Assembly (NCBI GenBank): GCA_009391535.1
Contig: VFHP01000008.1
Location: forward strand, 386 to 64,385
Direction of reading: 5' to 3'
DNA: 64,000 nt
DNA from: SAR202 cluster bacterium
Lineage (GTDB): Bacteria > Chloroflexota > Dehalococcoidia > Lucifugimonadales > UBA2985
Part shown: one piece after another, positions 9,405-19,266 of the stretch
Layout of the letters: each line of letters begins with the position of its first letter
Numbering within the stretch: position 1 is the stretch's first letter
The notes under the pieces: generated by a model
The model's database searches: none
The model's input: only the letters and a program-made list of their open reading frames with translations
Told to the model about the DNA's origin: nothing
Position numbers and translations under genes: made by a program

Positions 9405-10217
9405 CTAGCTTATTTCCTTAATCAAGTAACTCATATTACCCCTGGGAGTTTCGACCTGGACTGTATCTCCTACTACTTTGTCTACTACTGCTTTACCCAC
9501 AGGTGATTGGACAGACATTTTGTGATCTAATGGACTTGCTTCAGAAGCGTTTACTATAGTGTAAATCAACTCTTCTTTGTTTGATTTATCCACTAACTTG
9601 ATTTGACTACCTAATCCAATTCTGTTAGCAAGCTTACCACCAGACTTATTCTTCTTATTTGAGACCACTCTGGCTCGCTGTAGACCGTCTTCCAACTCTC
9701 TAATACGCGCTTCCGAAAAACCTTGTTTCTCTCTCGCTGCATCTAAAGGAGCATTTTCACGGAAATCTTTGTCAGCGGCAGCGCTACTTATTTCTTTAGC
9801 TATCTCGACTCTTTGATCTCGTAGTAACTCTAATTCTGTGACCATGTTCTGATATCCTTGTTCGGACATATCTATTTTGTTGCTTGATTTATCTATCAGA
9901 ACGTTAATACGATTTACTTTTCTTACCCTAAGGTGTTTAGCCAGTGGGGTGGACGTAATGTTATTTTTGTAACAAAAGGACAAGAAGTCTTTTATTGCTT
10001 GAACTCTTTCGCTTGTATCTTGGGTTCCAGCAGTATCTGATATTATGTCGCCATAGGACGCCGTTTCATGTGGTTTGAGTTCTTCTGCTTCCCGTTCTTG
10101 GCCGCACCAGATTATAAATTTGCTCAGTTCTTTTAATGTTTCTGGATTAAGGTTGACGCGTTTAGATGACAGGTAACTTGTTAGTGCTTTAGACAGGGGT
10201 ATAGTTTTTGAATCCAT
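9405..10217 (-). CDS. greA: Transcription elongation factor GreA with about 110 aa N-terminal extension
   Basis: DKDFRENAPLDAAREKQ, EARIRELE, SVQSPVGKAV, VETPRG in the C-terminal 155 aa. Confidence 0.92.
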   Translation of the reverse strand: MDSKTIPLSKALTSYLSSKRVNLNPETLKELSKFIIWCGQEREAEELKPHETASYGDIISDTAGTQDTSERVQAIKDFLSFCYKNNITSTPLAKHLRVRKVNRINVLIDKSSNKIDMSEQGYQNMVTELELLRDQRVEIAKEISSAAADKDFRENAPLDAAREKQGFSEARIRELEDGLQRARVVSNKKNKSGGKLANRIGLGSQIKLVDKSNKEELIYTIVNASEASPLDHKMSVQSPVGKAVVDKVVGDTVQVETPRGNMSYLIKEIS

Positions 10218-10390
10218 GTTATTAGTTTCGACTTCCCGTTTTATTAATATTAAATATACACCATTGTTACTTTTTTGGGTAGATAAGGGTAACTCGAAGT
10301 CTGTTATAATTTACTTATCTCACGTCCAACTTAGTTGTTACTAAATTTAAGTAGGCGTGCCGATTCAATTAAGAGAATGATTGGAGTTTC

Positions 10391-10648
10391 ATGGTGCCTT
10401 ATGGAGTTACGATAAAAGAAGACGTTGGAGATACTAGAATAGAGATTGAATGTGAACACCAAAATGGACTGATTTACGTAGTGCCATCCGAAGCTAGTTG
10501 GGTTTGTGACAGCAGTAATATACACGCACATGCATTGGCAGGGTTTTTTCGAGAACTGTGTGAGTTGTCTGATTCGCGTGTTTCAGCATTGATGCAACGC
10601 TGGGGTTTATATTATAGATCAAGACCAATCAGAGGCGACGAAACATAG
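10391..10648 (+). CDS. Small hypothetical protein, possible metal binder (CEH...C...HAH)
   Basis: GGAG RBS; fills the gap between greA and ftsH; globular composition. Confidence 0.7.
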   Translation: MVPYGVTIKEDVGDTRIEIECEHQNGLIYVVPSEASWVCDSSNIHAHALAGFFRELCELSDSRVSALMQRWGLYYRSRPIRGDET

Positions 10649-10658
10649 GACGCAATAT

Positions 10659-12497
10659 TTATACCGTGTCTTCAGAAACCTCAGCATTTGGAGGATCGGA
10701 TTCGAAAAGCTCGGTTAATTCTTTTCCTTCAACTGTCTCGTTAGCCACCAAATAATCGGCGATCTGAGCCAGTTTGCCTTTGTTTGCTTTTAGGATGTCA
10801 GTAGCTTGTTCATATGCAGATTGAATCAATTTATGCACTTCATCATCGATTTCCTCCGCTATTTTGTCGCTATAATCCCTTTGTTCGGATATTTCCCTAC
10901 CCAAGAATATCATGTCTTCTTTTTTGCCGAAGGTTCGAGGTCCTAGTGATTCACTCATTCCATATCTGGTTATCATTTGTCTCGCGATATTTGTAGCATT
11001 TTCAATATCGTTACTAGCTCCTGTGGTAACAGCATCAAATGTTAATTCTTCTGCCACCCTACCGCCAAGTGCGGTAGCCAGCATATCGGTAAACTGTTCT
11101 TTTCTCATCAAGTATCTATCTTCAGTAGGGAGCAATCTTGTGTAGCCACCCATACCACCTCTGGCTATTATAGATATTTTCTGTACTGGGTCGGCATTAG
11201 GTAGGAGATGAGCCACCAAAGCGTGTCCTGCTTCATGATATGCGGTCATTTCCTTTTCTTTATCACTGATTACTCGACTTTTCCTTTGTGGTCCAGCTAT
11301 GACACGATCAATAGCTTCAGCAAACTCAGTTTGGCCAATCTCCTTCGCACCTCTTCTGGCAGTTAGTATAGCTGCTTCGTTTATCAAGTTCGCTAAATCT
11401 GCTCCACTGAATCCAGGGGTCTGTTGAGCAACTGTAGTTAGATTTACCTCTGAAGCAAGAGGTTTGCCTTTGGCGTGTACATTGAGTATAGCGTCCCTTC
11501 CGTTTATATCTGGAGAATCTACCATTACTCTACGATCGAACCTTCCGGGTCTAAGTAGTGCCGGGTCAAGTATGTCTGGGCGGTTGGTCGCAGCAAGTAT
11601 TATTATGTTTACGTTGGTATCAAAACCGTCCATTTCTACCAGGATTTGGTTCAGCGTTTGTTCTCTTTCGTCATGTCCTCCACCAAGTCCTGCTCCTCTA
11701 TGCCTTCCAACTGCATCTATTTCATCAATGAAAATAATACAGGGGGAATTCCGTTTAGCTTGGTCGAACAGGTCCCGAACACGGGAAGCTCCAACTCCCA
11801 CAAACATTTCCACAAATTCACTGCCACTTATACTGAAAAACGGTACGCCAGCCTCTCCGGCCACAGCCCTTCCGAGAAGAGTTTTACCTGTGCCAGGTGG
11901 TCCTACGAGGAGAACTCCCTTTGGTATTTTTGCACCAAGGGCCGCGAAGCGTTCTGGATATCTCAAGAATTCAACTACCTCATGCAGTTCTTGTTTGGCT
12001 TCATCTATGCCGGCAACGTCCGCGAAAGTGACACTTACTTTATTGCCGACAAACATTTTGGCTTTACTTCTACCAAAACTTAATGTTTGATTGTTACTGC
12101 CTTGTGCTTGCCTCATCATGAAAAGTATTATTGCCCCAAAGAATATTAGAGGCAAAAAGTTTATTAGCAATCCAAGGAGGCTACCAAATCCACTTGCTCC
12201 CTCAATTTCAATTTCTATGCCAGCAATGTCTGCCCCTGCGTTCTCCAGCATTTCTATAACTGGAGTGTTATCCTCCTTACGAGATTTATATACTCGCCCT
12301 CCAATATCTTCAACTTCTAGAATCTCAAGGTCAACTTTAATAGAACGAATCTCTTTATCCTTGGCCATCTGGATGACTTGGCTAACAGGTATGTCTCTTC
12401 TACTGGAAGGTGCTTGGAAAAAAGTAAAGAATATCGCCAATACTGATATTATTATCAGGAGATATACAAAACTATTTTTGGTCCATTGAGTATTCAT
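10659..12497 (-). CDS. ftsH: ATP-dependent zinc metalloprotease FtsH
   Basis: Two TM segments, [30 protein letters not shown]. Confidence 0.98.
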   Translation of the reverse strand: MNTQWTKNSFVYLLIIISVLAIFFTFFQAPSSRRDIPVSQVIQMAKDKEIRSIKVDLEILEVEDIGGRVYKSRKEDNTPVIEMLENAGADIAGIEIEIEGASGFGSLLGLLINFLPLIFFGAIILFMMRQAQGSNNQTLSFGRSKAKMFVGNKVSVTFADVAGIDEAKQELHEVVEFLRYPERFAALGAKIPKGVLLVGPPGTGKTLLGRAVAGEAGVPFFSISGSEFVEMFVGVGASRVRDLFDQAKRNSPCIIFIDEIDAVGRHRGAGLGGGHDEREQTLNQILVEMDGFDTNVNIIILAATNRPDILDPALLRPGRFDRRVMVDSPDINGRDAILNVHAKGKPLASEVNLTTVAQQTPGFSGADLANLINEAAILTARRGAKEIGQTEFAEAIDRVIAGPQRKSRVISDKEKEMTAYHEAGHALVAHLLPNADPVQKISIIARGGMGGYTRLLPTEDRYLMRKEQFTDMLATALGGRVAEELTFDAVTTGASNDIENATNIARQMITRYGMSESLGPRTFGKKEDMIFLGREISEQRDYSDKIAEEIDDEVHKLIQSAYEQATDILKANKGKLAQIADYLVANETVEGKELTELFESDPPNAEVSEDTV

Positions 12498-12722
12498 TTT
12501 GATGACTAAACCAGTGTAAAACCTTTATACATTTTATAATAGAGGACAATATTACCTTAAATTAAGTGCTAAAGGAAGCAGGTTGATACTAAAAGCTATC
12601 CAAATCCTTCAATTGTGAGTAGGGTTATTTGGGTTTTTCGTTGTCAAAGTGTGTTCAAAGTGTATGTAGTTGTTGAAAATTTTGTCTTTCATAACAAACT
12701 ATGGAACTTCTCTTTTTTTCAT

Positions 12723-14009
12723 TTACCAAAGAGTCATTGATTCCAAAAACAATTGCCGAAGTTCTTTACGTGTAATAGGACGAGGGCAAAGATCTAAGAG
12801 TCTTTTTTGAGGCAAAGTAGCTGTTACTAATGCTTCTATGTCGTCCAGCTGATATCCGATGGCACCAAGCCCGTTGGGTATGTTTATCTTTTTGACAATA
12901 TTTGTTATGGCTTTACCCAACAAGTATCCTGCGTATTCATTATCGGCCTTAGTAGATTTGATTCCCATGATTTCGGCTGCATTACGATGCCTTTCTGGAT
13001 TCGTAGGAGCCGTAAATCGAAAAACTGCAGGTGCATTTAGTATAACCGACATACCATGAGGAACAATGGGGTCCTCTTGTGGGTAGCCATCAGGAGCGAA
13101 GTTACGAACCATGCCAGATACAGCATATGACATGCCATGAGGTAGGTGGCAACCTGCATTGCCGAAACCAACCCCTGCATATGTGGCGGCTAACATCATT
13201 TCACTTCTTGCCTCAATATCTTCAGGATCATGTACGGCTCTTACAATGTTTTGGGACACCATTTCTATAGCCTTTATAGCCCAGATGTCACTTATGGGAT
13301 TCGAACCCTGATAAGATGGCCTTGTTAGAGGGTTTTCAGGAGCAGTGCGTTGATTGTAAGGGAGAGCGGTGTATGATTCTAATCCATGTGACAAAACATC
13401 TAAACCGCTGCTGGCCACTACCATCCCTGGTAATGTAAGAGTATGGATGGGGTCGATTAGTCCGATTGCTGGCCTCAGATAACGATGTGCAATACCCGTT
13501 TTGGCTTTCATTTCAAGGAAATCGAATATGGCAGTACCAGTCGTTTCACTGCCTGTGCCAGAAGTTGTTGGGATTGCCAGCAAAGGTTTTATGGGGCCAG
13601 GCACCGGTACACCCTGCCCTATAGGTGCGTTGACGTAGGTTAGAAATTCTGCTGGATATGTAGCATATAGATTTGCCGCTTTAGCTGTGTCTATACTTGA
13701 GCCTCCTCCAACCCCGATATATCCGTCGAATTTGCCGTTGGTAGCGAATGCGATCGCTTCTTGGAAAGACGTATCCGTGGGCTCTACATGAACGCCATCG
13801 AATAATGTGGCATCTATTCCTCCTTGTTTGAGAGAGTTTAGGGTTATAGATACTGCTTCACTGTTTTTCATTTTAGGATCTGTAACAACCATTACTCTAG
13901 TTGCATTTAGTCTTTTCATTTCGAAACCGACTTCTTTAGTGATGCCAGGACCAAATTTTATACTGGAGACATCTATAGAGAAAGCTGTTTCGAGATTACC
14001 GTTTTTCAT
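12723..14009 (-). CDS. Hydroxyacid-oxoacid transhydrogenase (HOT/ADHFE1-like, iron-containing ADH family)
   Basis: VEPTDTSF, GGGSSIDTAKAANL, YVNAPIG.G.P, PTTSGTGSETTG, YQGSNPISD, GNAGCHLPHGMSY, VPHGMSV. Confidence 0.9.
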   Translation of the reverse strand: MKNGNLETAFSIDVSSIKFGPGITKEVGFEMKRLNATRVMVVTDPKMKNSEAVSITLNSLKQGGIDATLFDGVHVEPTDTSFQEAIAFATNGKFDGYIGVGGGSSIDTAKAANLYATYPAEFLTYVNAPIGQGVPVPGPIKPLLAIPTTSGTGSETTGTAIFDFLEMKAKTGIAHRYLRPAIGLIDPIHTLTLPGMVVASSGLDVLSHGLESYTALPYNQRTAPENPLTRPSYQGSNPISDIWAIKAIEMVSQNIVRAVHDPEDIEARSEMMLAATYAGVGFGNAGCHLPHGMSYAVSGMVRNFAPDGYPQEDPIVPHGMSVILNAPAVFRFTAPTNPERHRNAAEIMGIKSTKADNEYAGYLLGKAITNIVKKINIPNGLGAIGYQLDDIEALVTATLPQKRLLDLCPRPITRKELRQLFLESMTLW

Positions 14010-14032
14010 GGCACCTCCTTTAATGGTAAGGT

Positions 14033-15295
14033 TTATCTATATCGGGGCTTCTTAAGAGACATGAACATGGCTGCCGATATAATCAGTAGTCCGGCAAATG
14101 TAAGAAAAGCTATACGGTAAGAACCTGAGGTATCGAATATGTAGGCCGCAAATGTTGGTCCTAGCATTGAACCCGCCATCTGCACCATTCCCGATAAACC
14201 TAGGATACTGCCAAATGATTTACGTCCGAAATAATCTCCTTTTATTGCTGGCATAGTAGCTGCAGAGCAGCCGTACGATGGTGCATATATTACTACGAAC
14301 AAAATGACTTGCCATAAATTTTGTGCATAAGCCAATACCAAGCATGATACAGCAAGGAGACATACACTTGCTATTGCAACCGGCTTGGTTCCAAAAGCAT
14401 CGTTCATGAAACCACCACCTAATCTACCAACGATACTTACCATACCCATAGATCCCAAGACAGCCGCCGCCGTTGCGCCGGAGTACCCTAGGTCCTCAAC
14501 TAGAGGGATAGCATGTAATGTGGCAGCTCCTGTAACCATTAATCTAATAGCAAATCCTATAGATAATGCCCAAAAGGCTCTGGAATACAGGGCTTCCATC
14601 ACTGTCATTCCTATATCATTGTTATGGTAGGGTTGGTTTTCAATGTCGGACGTCATGTGTGTTGCTGGATCCGCAGTCTTTATTGGCGAATCTCCGTCTG
14701 GGAGCAATCCATATAACTCCGGCCTGGGCTTCATTACGAAAGATGTGGGGACACCTATCAACAGGATACCTATACCGGTTGCCACAAATGCCGACCTCCA
14801 GCCGAATTCATTAATGAACCACGAAACAACTATTACTCCTGCAGCGCCTACAGCTACCGCTGTCCTTAGTATTCCAAATGCTGTACCTCTTCTTCTTATA
14901 AACCAATTGGCTACTGTAGTATCTATGGCTACCATGGCACTAAGGCTACGTCCGACCGTCACTAACAGTATGAACACTAAGTAAAATTCTACGAGAGAGT
15001 TTATTACGGACAACCATATCATTCCGATTGAGGATAATATTATCCCTAACAATATTATCCTGGTAGGACCATATCTATCTACTAGGAAACCTTCTATTCC
15101 TCCAAGAACACCTGCTTCGAGTCTTGATAGACTTATTGCACCGGCCAACCCTGTTCTTGTCCATCCGAAATGATCAATAAGCCTTTTGTAGAATAAGCTG
15201 AATCCGTAGCCGCCTGTCATACTGGTAAAAGTTAGAGCTAAGAAAGCTGCTAATACTATCCACCAACCATAGAATATTCGCTTGGGTTGTTGCAT
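14033..15295 (-). CDS. MFS transporter (OFA/MCT-like)
   Basis: About 12 hydrophobic segments, G.LVDRYGP motif A, DYFGRKSF. Confidence 0.9.
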   Translation of the reverse strand: MQQPKRIFYGWWIVLAAFLALTFTSMTGGYGFSLFYKRLIDHFGWTRTGLAGAISLSRLEAGVLGGIEGFLVDRYGPTRIILLGIILSSIGMIWLSVINSLVEFYLVFILLVTVGRSLSAMVAIDTTVANWFIRRRGTAFGILRTAVAVGAAGVIVVSWFINEFGWRSAFVATGIGILLIGVPTSFVMKPRPELYGLLPDGDSPIKTADPATHMTSDIENQPYHNNDIGMTVMEALYSRAFWALSIGFAIRLMVTGAATLHAIPLVEDLGYSGATAAAVLGSMGMVSIVGRLGGGFMNDAFGTKPVAIASVCLLAVSCLVLAYAQNLWQVILFVVIYAPSYGCSAATMPAIKGDYFGRKSFGSILGLSGMVQMAGSMLGPTFAAYIFDTSGSYRIAFLTFAGLLIISAAMFMSLKKPRYR

Positions 15296-15372
15296 CAGTT
15301 CTCCAAGATGTGATCATTGAGATTGGATATTAGGGATAAAGTTGGTTGAACAATATCACTTGAATCTATTTA

Positions 15373-17349
15373 TTAATTCACCAAATGTTCGAAGTTTTTC
15401 TCTGCTTGAGATCTTACAGTATCTATATCTTCTGGCAAAAGGTATCTGTCTTGCACTAGAGCCTCTGAAGCTGCATTTATTTTGTCCAAGTAATCTTCTT
15501 TTGATAGATAAAGTTCCTCTATGGATTTCCGGGGGTCATTTAGCCGAAGTCTTTCTTCTTCGGTAGATGGTAATTTTAGAGTCCATCCAGCCAATCCGCC
15601 GGTAATGCCTATGTATAGGTCTTGATTGCCAACCTCCGGATGTCTAAGATTCCAACCGGCGTAAGTGGCTAGAGGAACGGATATATGTGGGAGTCTTATT
15701 CCAGATATGTCATTGAAGTTGTCATCCACATCTGATACGAATGCTGGATACGTTTTACCTTGCACAGGAGGAAGTATTGATAGAATACCATCTGCTACGT
15801 CTTGTCCGTGATCTAATCTTAATGCTCTTAGAGGTCTTGGAGGAAACTTTATCATTTTCAAGTTTGCGAATTTCTCTGCAAGAGTAAAGGATTGAACAGC
15901 GGTACCATCTGAAAGCCTAGGATGGCAACTTTGTGGAGGTTCAATATTGTCGCTTACCCATATATCGAGATTAGAAAGAGCGGCTCTCAGTAAAGGAGAG
16001 TAATCCAGAATATTGAATTTAAGTTGCCCTTTAACCCCATCATCTCTTACATCTTTTAGAGGTAGAGATCCTGGCACATGTTGAGCTCCAGAGAAAAGAT
16101 ATCTTCTGACGGCATTAGAATCCGGGAGATCAGTCATATTTTCCAAATTTACATGTATTAGTGCCGCATCTCCTCGCCAATATTCTGAAGAAGTATTGAT
16201 AAACATTATTTTGGGAACTTGCTGGTTTTTAGACTGCATTGCGTCCAGTAATCCTGCTTCATTCCCACTTACTGGATCCTTAGTTCTTACGTCACATGCT
16301 GGGAATAATTGGGGATTACTGTAGCAGATATCTTGTGATGGTTGCCCGAATCTAATGTTGAATTCACCCCTTAACCCTCCTGCAACATGGGCAATTATGC
16401 CATCTAGGGCCATTCTTCCATTTTCATCTTCGTTGATCGCGACATTAATAAATTCTCTCAGAAATCTACCACTTTGAGATCTTCCATAGGCAAATGCATA
16501 TTTTAGGGAGTTGGCAAATTCATTGCCTTCTTCTTTGGTCCCGTATTTTAAAAATGACACAGCATCCCTAACCGCTGCCATGCCCAATCCTATTATTTTG
16601 GAGCCCTTAGTAGTGTAGACCAGTTGATACATGAGTCCTGGTTTGAAACCTGACTGCATAAATATGTATTCTGGTACAGATTTGTTGCCGTTTGCCTCGT
16701 CTACAAATGACCATTCGGATCTGTCTATTGTATGTGGTTTATCTTCCGGTAGATTTCTTACAGTTAACATAGCCTCATTTTCGTTGATGTCGTAAGGCGG
16801 ATGAGGTGTATGCCCGTTGTGAGACAGCATGAATCGTTGAGTTGGTTGATTGCATTGGAATTGACACATTATCTTGCCTACTACCTGATCGCCATTCTCA
16901 TCTAGGGCATCTGGTAACTGCATTCCTAGTAACCCTGCAATAGGAGGCACGTCAGGTTGCCATCCGCAGAAAACTATGGTGTAGCCGTAACGCATTAGAA
17001 AGCCATTACCTGGATCTATTGGGTCTGAAGGAACTACAGGTCTTTCTGGGTCGTTGAAGCTAATTATAGCTGTTTTTCTACCTCTATTCAGAATGTCAAA
17101 GAATATCTTTCCGTTCCCTTTGTTGGGATCTTTAGGACTCAGTATCACGAAATCACTTGAAAACTCCACTTGACCGTTGTGGTTAGTGTCAGCCAGTTCA
17201 AGATCATTGATAGGTTCGTTATATTTGTTGTTTGGGTCAACTGAGAATTCGAAAGTTCCTTCTAGTATTTCATATGGACCAGTTTTGCCAAATGATTGTC
17301 CTTCTGCAAAAGGAAGTCTGCTTTTTATGTTGAAATTGCTTACCGACAT
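15373..17349 (-). CDS. Large alpha/beta-hydrolase-domain protein (Abhydrolase_10-like)
   Basis: GRSQSGRFL nucleophile elbow, NRGRK, GWQPD, SSEYW, GAQH, GIRLP; AGGAGG RBS before MSVSNF. Confidence 0.8.
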   Translation of the reverse strand: MSVSNFNIKSRLPFAEGQSFGKTGPYEILEGTFEFSVDPNNKYNEPINDLELADTNHNGQVEFSSDFVILSPKDPNKGNGKIFFDILNRGRKTAIISFNDPERPVVPSDPIDPGNGFLMRYGYTIVFCGWQPDVPPIAGLLGMQLPDALDENGDQVVGKIMCQFQCNQPTQRFMLSHNGHTPHPPYDINENEAMLTVRNLPEDKPHTIDRSEWSFVDEANGNKSVPEYIFMQSGFKPGLMYQLVYTTKGSKIIGLGMAAVRDAVSFLKYGTKEEGNEFANSLKYAFAYGRSQSGRFLREFINVAINEDENGRMALDGIIAHVAGGLRGEFNIRFGQPSQDICYSNPQLFPACDVRTKDPVSGNEAGLLDAMQSKNQQVPKIMFINTSSEYWRGDAALIHVNLENMTDLPDSNAVRRYLFSGAQHVPGSLPLKDVRDDGVKGQLKFNILDYSPLLRAALSNLDIWVSDNIEPPQSCHPRLSDGTAVQSFTLAEKFANLKMIKFPPRPLRALRLDHGQDVADGILSILPPVQGKTYPAFVSDVDDNFNDISGIRLPHISVPLATYAGWNLRHPEVGNQDLYIGITGGLAGWTLKLPSTEEERLRLNDPRKSIEELYLSKEDYLDKINAASEALVQDRYLLPEDIDTVRSQAEKNFEHLVN

Positions 17350-17513
17350 TTCAACCTCCTTGTTGGATAGTATGAGGATGTTAATTAAATCTTGCTTTAC
17401 ATGCAAATCGCGTAATCCGATGTAATTGCAGGATATTTGTTAATAATAAAGGATCAATTCTGAAATTTATATGTTAGGATTGTCCCCATGTGTTCAATCG
17501 GACTAATTATTAG

Positions 17514-18797
17514 ATGTTTATCTCCATGTTAACATCTGGCCACAAAAAATATACGAATAACAAAATTTTTTACGGATGGTACATTGTATCCGCAGGGTTC
17601 TCGATTCAGTTATTGATCGGGTCCTTGATGATCCACAGTTTCACAGCCTATTTCCCTCTATTGGAGGCACAATTTGGTTGGAGTAGAGCTACGTTGTCCG
17701 GAGCTTTTGCGTTATCAAGAGCCGAAAGCGGTTTACTGGGTCCATTGCAGGGTTGGCTGATAGAAAAATATGGACCCCGCATGATGGCTGCTTTTGGTAT
17801 GTGTTTATTCGGTATCGGTTTTATACTTTTCAGCCGGATAGATTCAATATTGGGGTATTACGTTACCTTTTTCCTTATGGCTGCAGGATCAAGTATAGCG
17901 GGACACTTAACTGTGGCAACGGCGATTATTAATTGGTTTAACAGGAAAAGAGGAGTTGCTGTAGGTCTTAGTTCGACGGGCTTTGGTTTGGCAGGGATAC
18001 TGGTACCCCTGATTGCCTGGTCATTAACGACGCAAGGTTGGAGGGATACCGCTTTTTATTCTGGCATCGGGATAATAATAGTGGGTATTCCAGTCTCTTT
18101 AATTTTACGTCGCGCCCCAGAACCTTATGGCTATTTGCCTGATGGAGATAGGCTATCAGACGTTGGAACTATGGATAAACAAGACCAAGACTTAACTGGA
18201 TTTACCGTAAGAGAGGCTATAAAAACGAGTTCGTTTTGGTATCTTGGGATAGGTCATGCTTTATCACTATTGACGGTGGGAGCCGTTTCACTTCATTTAG
18301 TTCCCCACGTTGTTGATAGTGTGGGTCTATCCGTAACAATTGCATCAACTGCTGTAGCGGTGATGACTGTATTCTTTGTAACCGGACAAGTCGTGGGAGG
18401 ATTCCTTGGTGATAGATATAGCAAAAGGTGGTTAGCTGCCATTGGTACATTGATGCATGCATTAGCTCTGTTAATTCTGGCTTATTCTACAAATATTATA
18501 ATGGTATATACATTTTCCGTACTGCACGGCAGTGCATGGGGTCTTCGTGGTCCCATAATGGCTACTATAAGGGCCGATTATTTTGGAAGAGCTTATTTTC
18601 CGTCAATAATGGGCTTTTCCTCTTTAATTATTATGCTAGGAATGACAGTAGGACCACTTTTCGCGGGTTATATGGCAGATGTTTTTGGTGACTACAAATT
18701 AGGTTTCATTATAATATCTGCACTTGCAGCACTTGGGTCAATGTTCTTTGTTTTGGCAAAGCCTCCAGTAATAACTGAAAGGCAGTTACAGACCTAA
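17514..18797 (+). CDS. MFS transporter (OFA/MCT-like)
   Basis: About 12 TM segments, FYGWYIV, LSRAESGLLGP, GDRYSKR, DYFGRAYF. Confidence 0.9.
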   Translation: MFISMLTSGHKKYTNNKIFYGWYIVSAGFSIQLLIGSLMIHSFTAYFPLLEAQFGWSRATLSGAFALSRAESGLLGPLQGWLIEKYGPRMMAAFGMCLFGIGFILFSRIDSILGYYVTFFLMAAGSSIAGHLTVATAIINWFNRKRGVAVGLSSTGFGLAGILVPLIAWSLTTQGWRDTAFYSGIGIIIVGIPVSLILRRAPEPYGYLPDGDRLSDVGTMDKQDQDLTGFTVREAIKTSSFWYLGIGHALSLLTVGAVSLHLVPHVVDSVGLSVTIASTAVAVMTVFFVTGQVVGGFLGDRYSKRWLAAIGTLMHALALLILAYSTNIIMVYTFSVLHGSAWGLRGPIMATIRADYFGRAYFPSIMGFSSLIIMLGMTVGPLFAGYMADVFGDYKLGFIIISALAALGSMFFVLAKPPVITERQLQT

Positions 18798-19082
18798 TTT
18801 TTTCTTGATAGAGTCTTCCCTTTCAGAAAACCTCCAATAGTTTCTCAACTCAGTCTTGTTGATAATTGACAGGTAGTAGTTACTGGACTGCAACTTTTGG
18901 TAAGTCAAACTTTCGTGTTCCAAAGATAAATTCTTGCCGTTATCGTCGTACCGTAATTTCCCTTTAAATTCTGCCATTAAACCTACCACCTAATTAATTT
19001 GGGAAACAATATAACATCAAATGCTTATTCCGGATACATTTTCCCAATCAAAACGGACAAATGTAAAGGAAATTCAAACTTA

Positions 19083-19168
19083 TGGTGCCGAAGGTGAGAT
19101 TTGAACTCACACGCCCAAAAGGACACTGCGCCCTGAACACAGCGCGTCTGCCGTTCCGCCACTTCGGC
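19083..19168 (-). tRNA. tRNA-Leu(CAG)
   Basis: GCCGAAG...CTTCGGC-ACCA acceptor stem, anticodon loop TT-CAG-GG, long variable arm, GTTCAAAT T-loop. Confidence 0.95.
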
Positions 19169-19266
19169 ATTGGTTATTGAAACTGATATGCGCAACGCAA
19201 ATGTATCAAAATCGGAGTTGGGGTTTATGCTAGTAGATATTTCTGCAATTTACAAGGTGGAAAATA

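Noticed and set aside
11464-12489. Long antisense ORFs opposite ftsH (and similar ones opposite pheT, metG, infB, MFS genes)
   Set aside because: Shadow frames of conserved genes, no RBS or recognisable motifs
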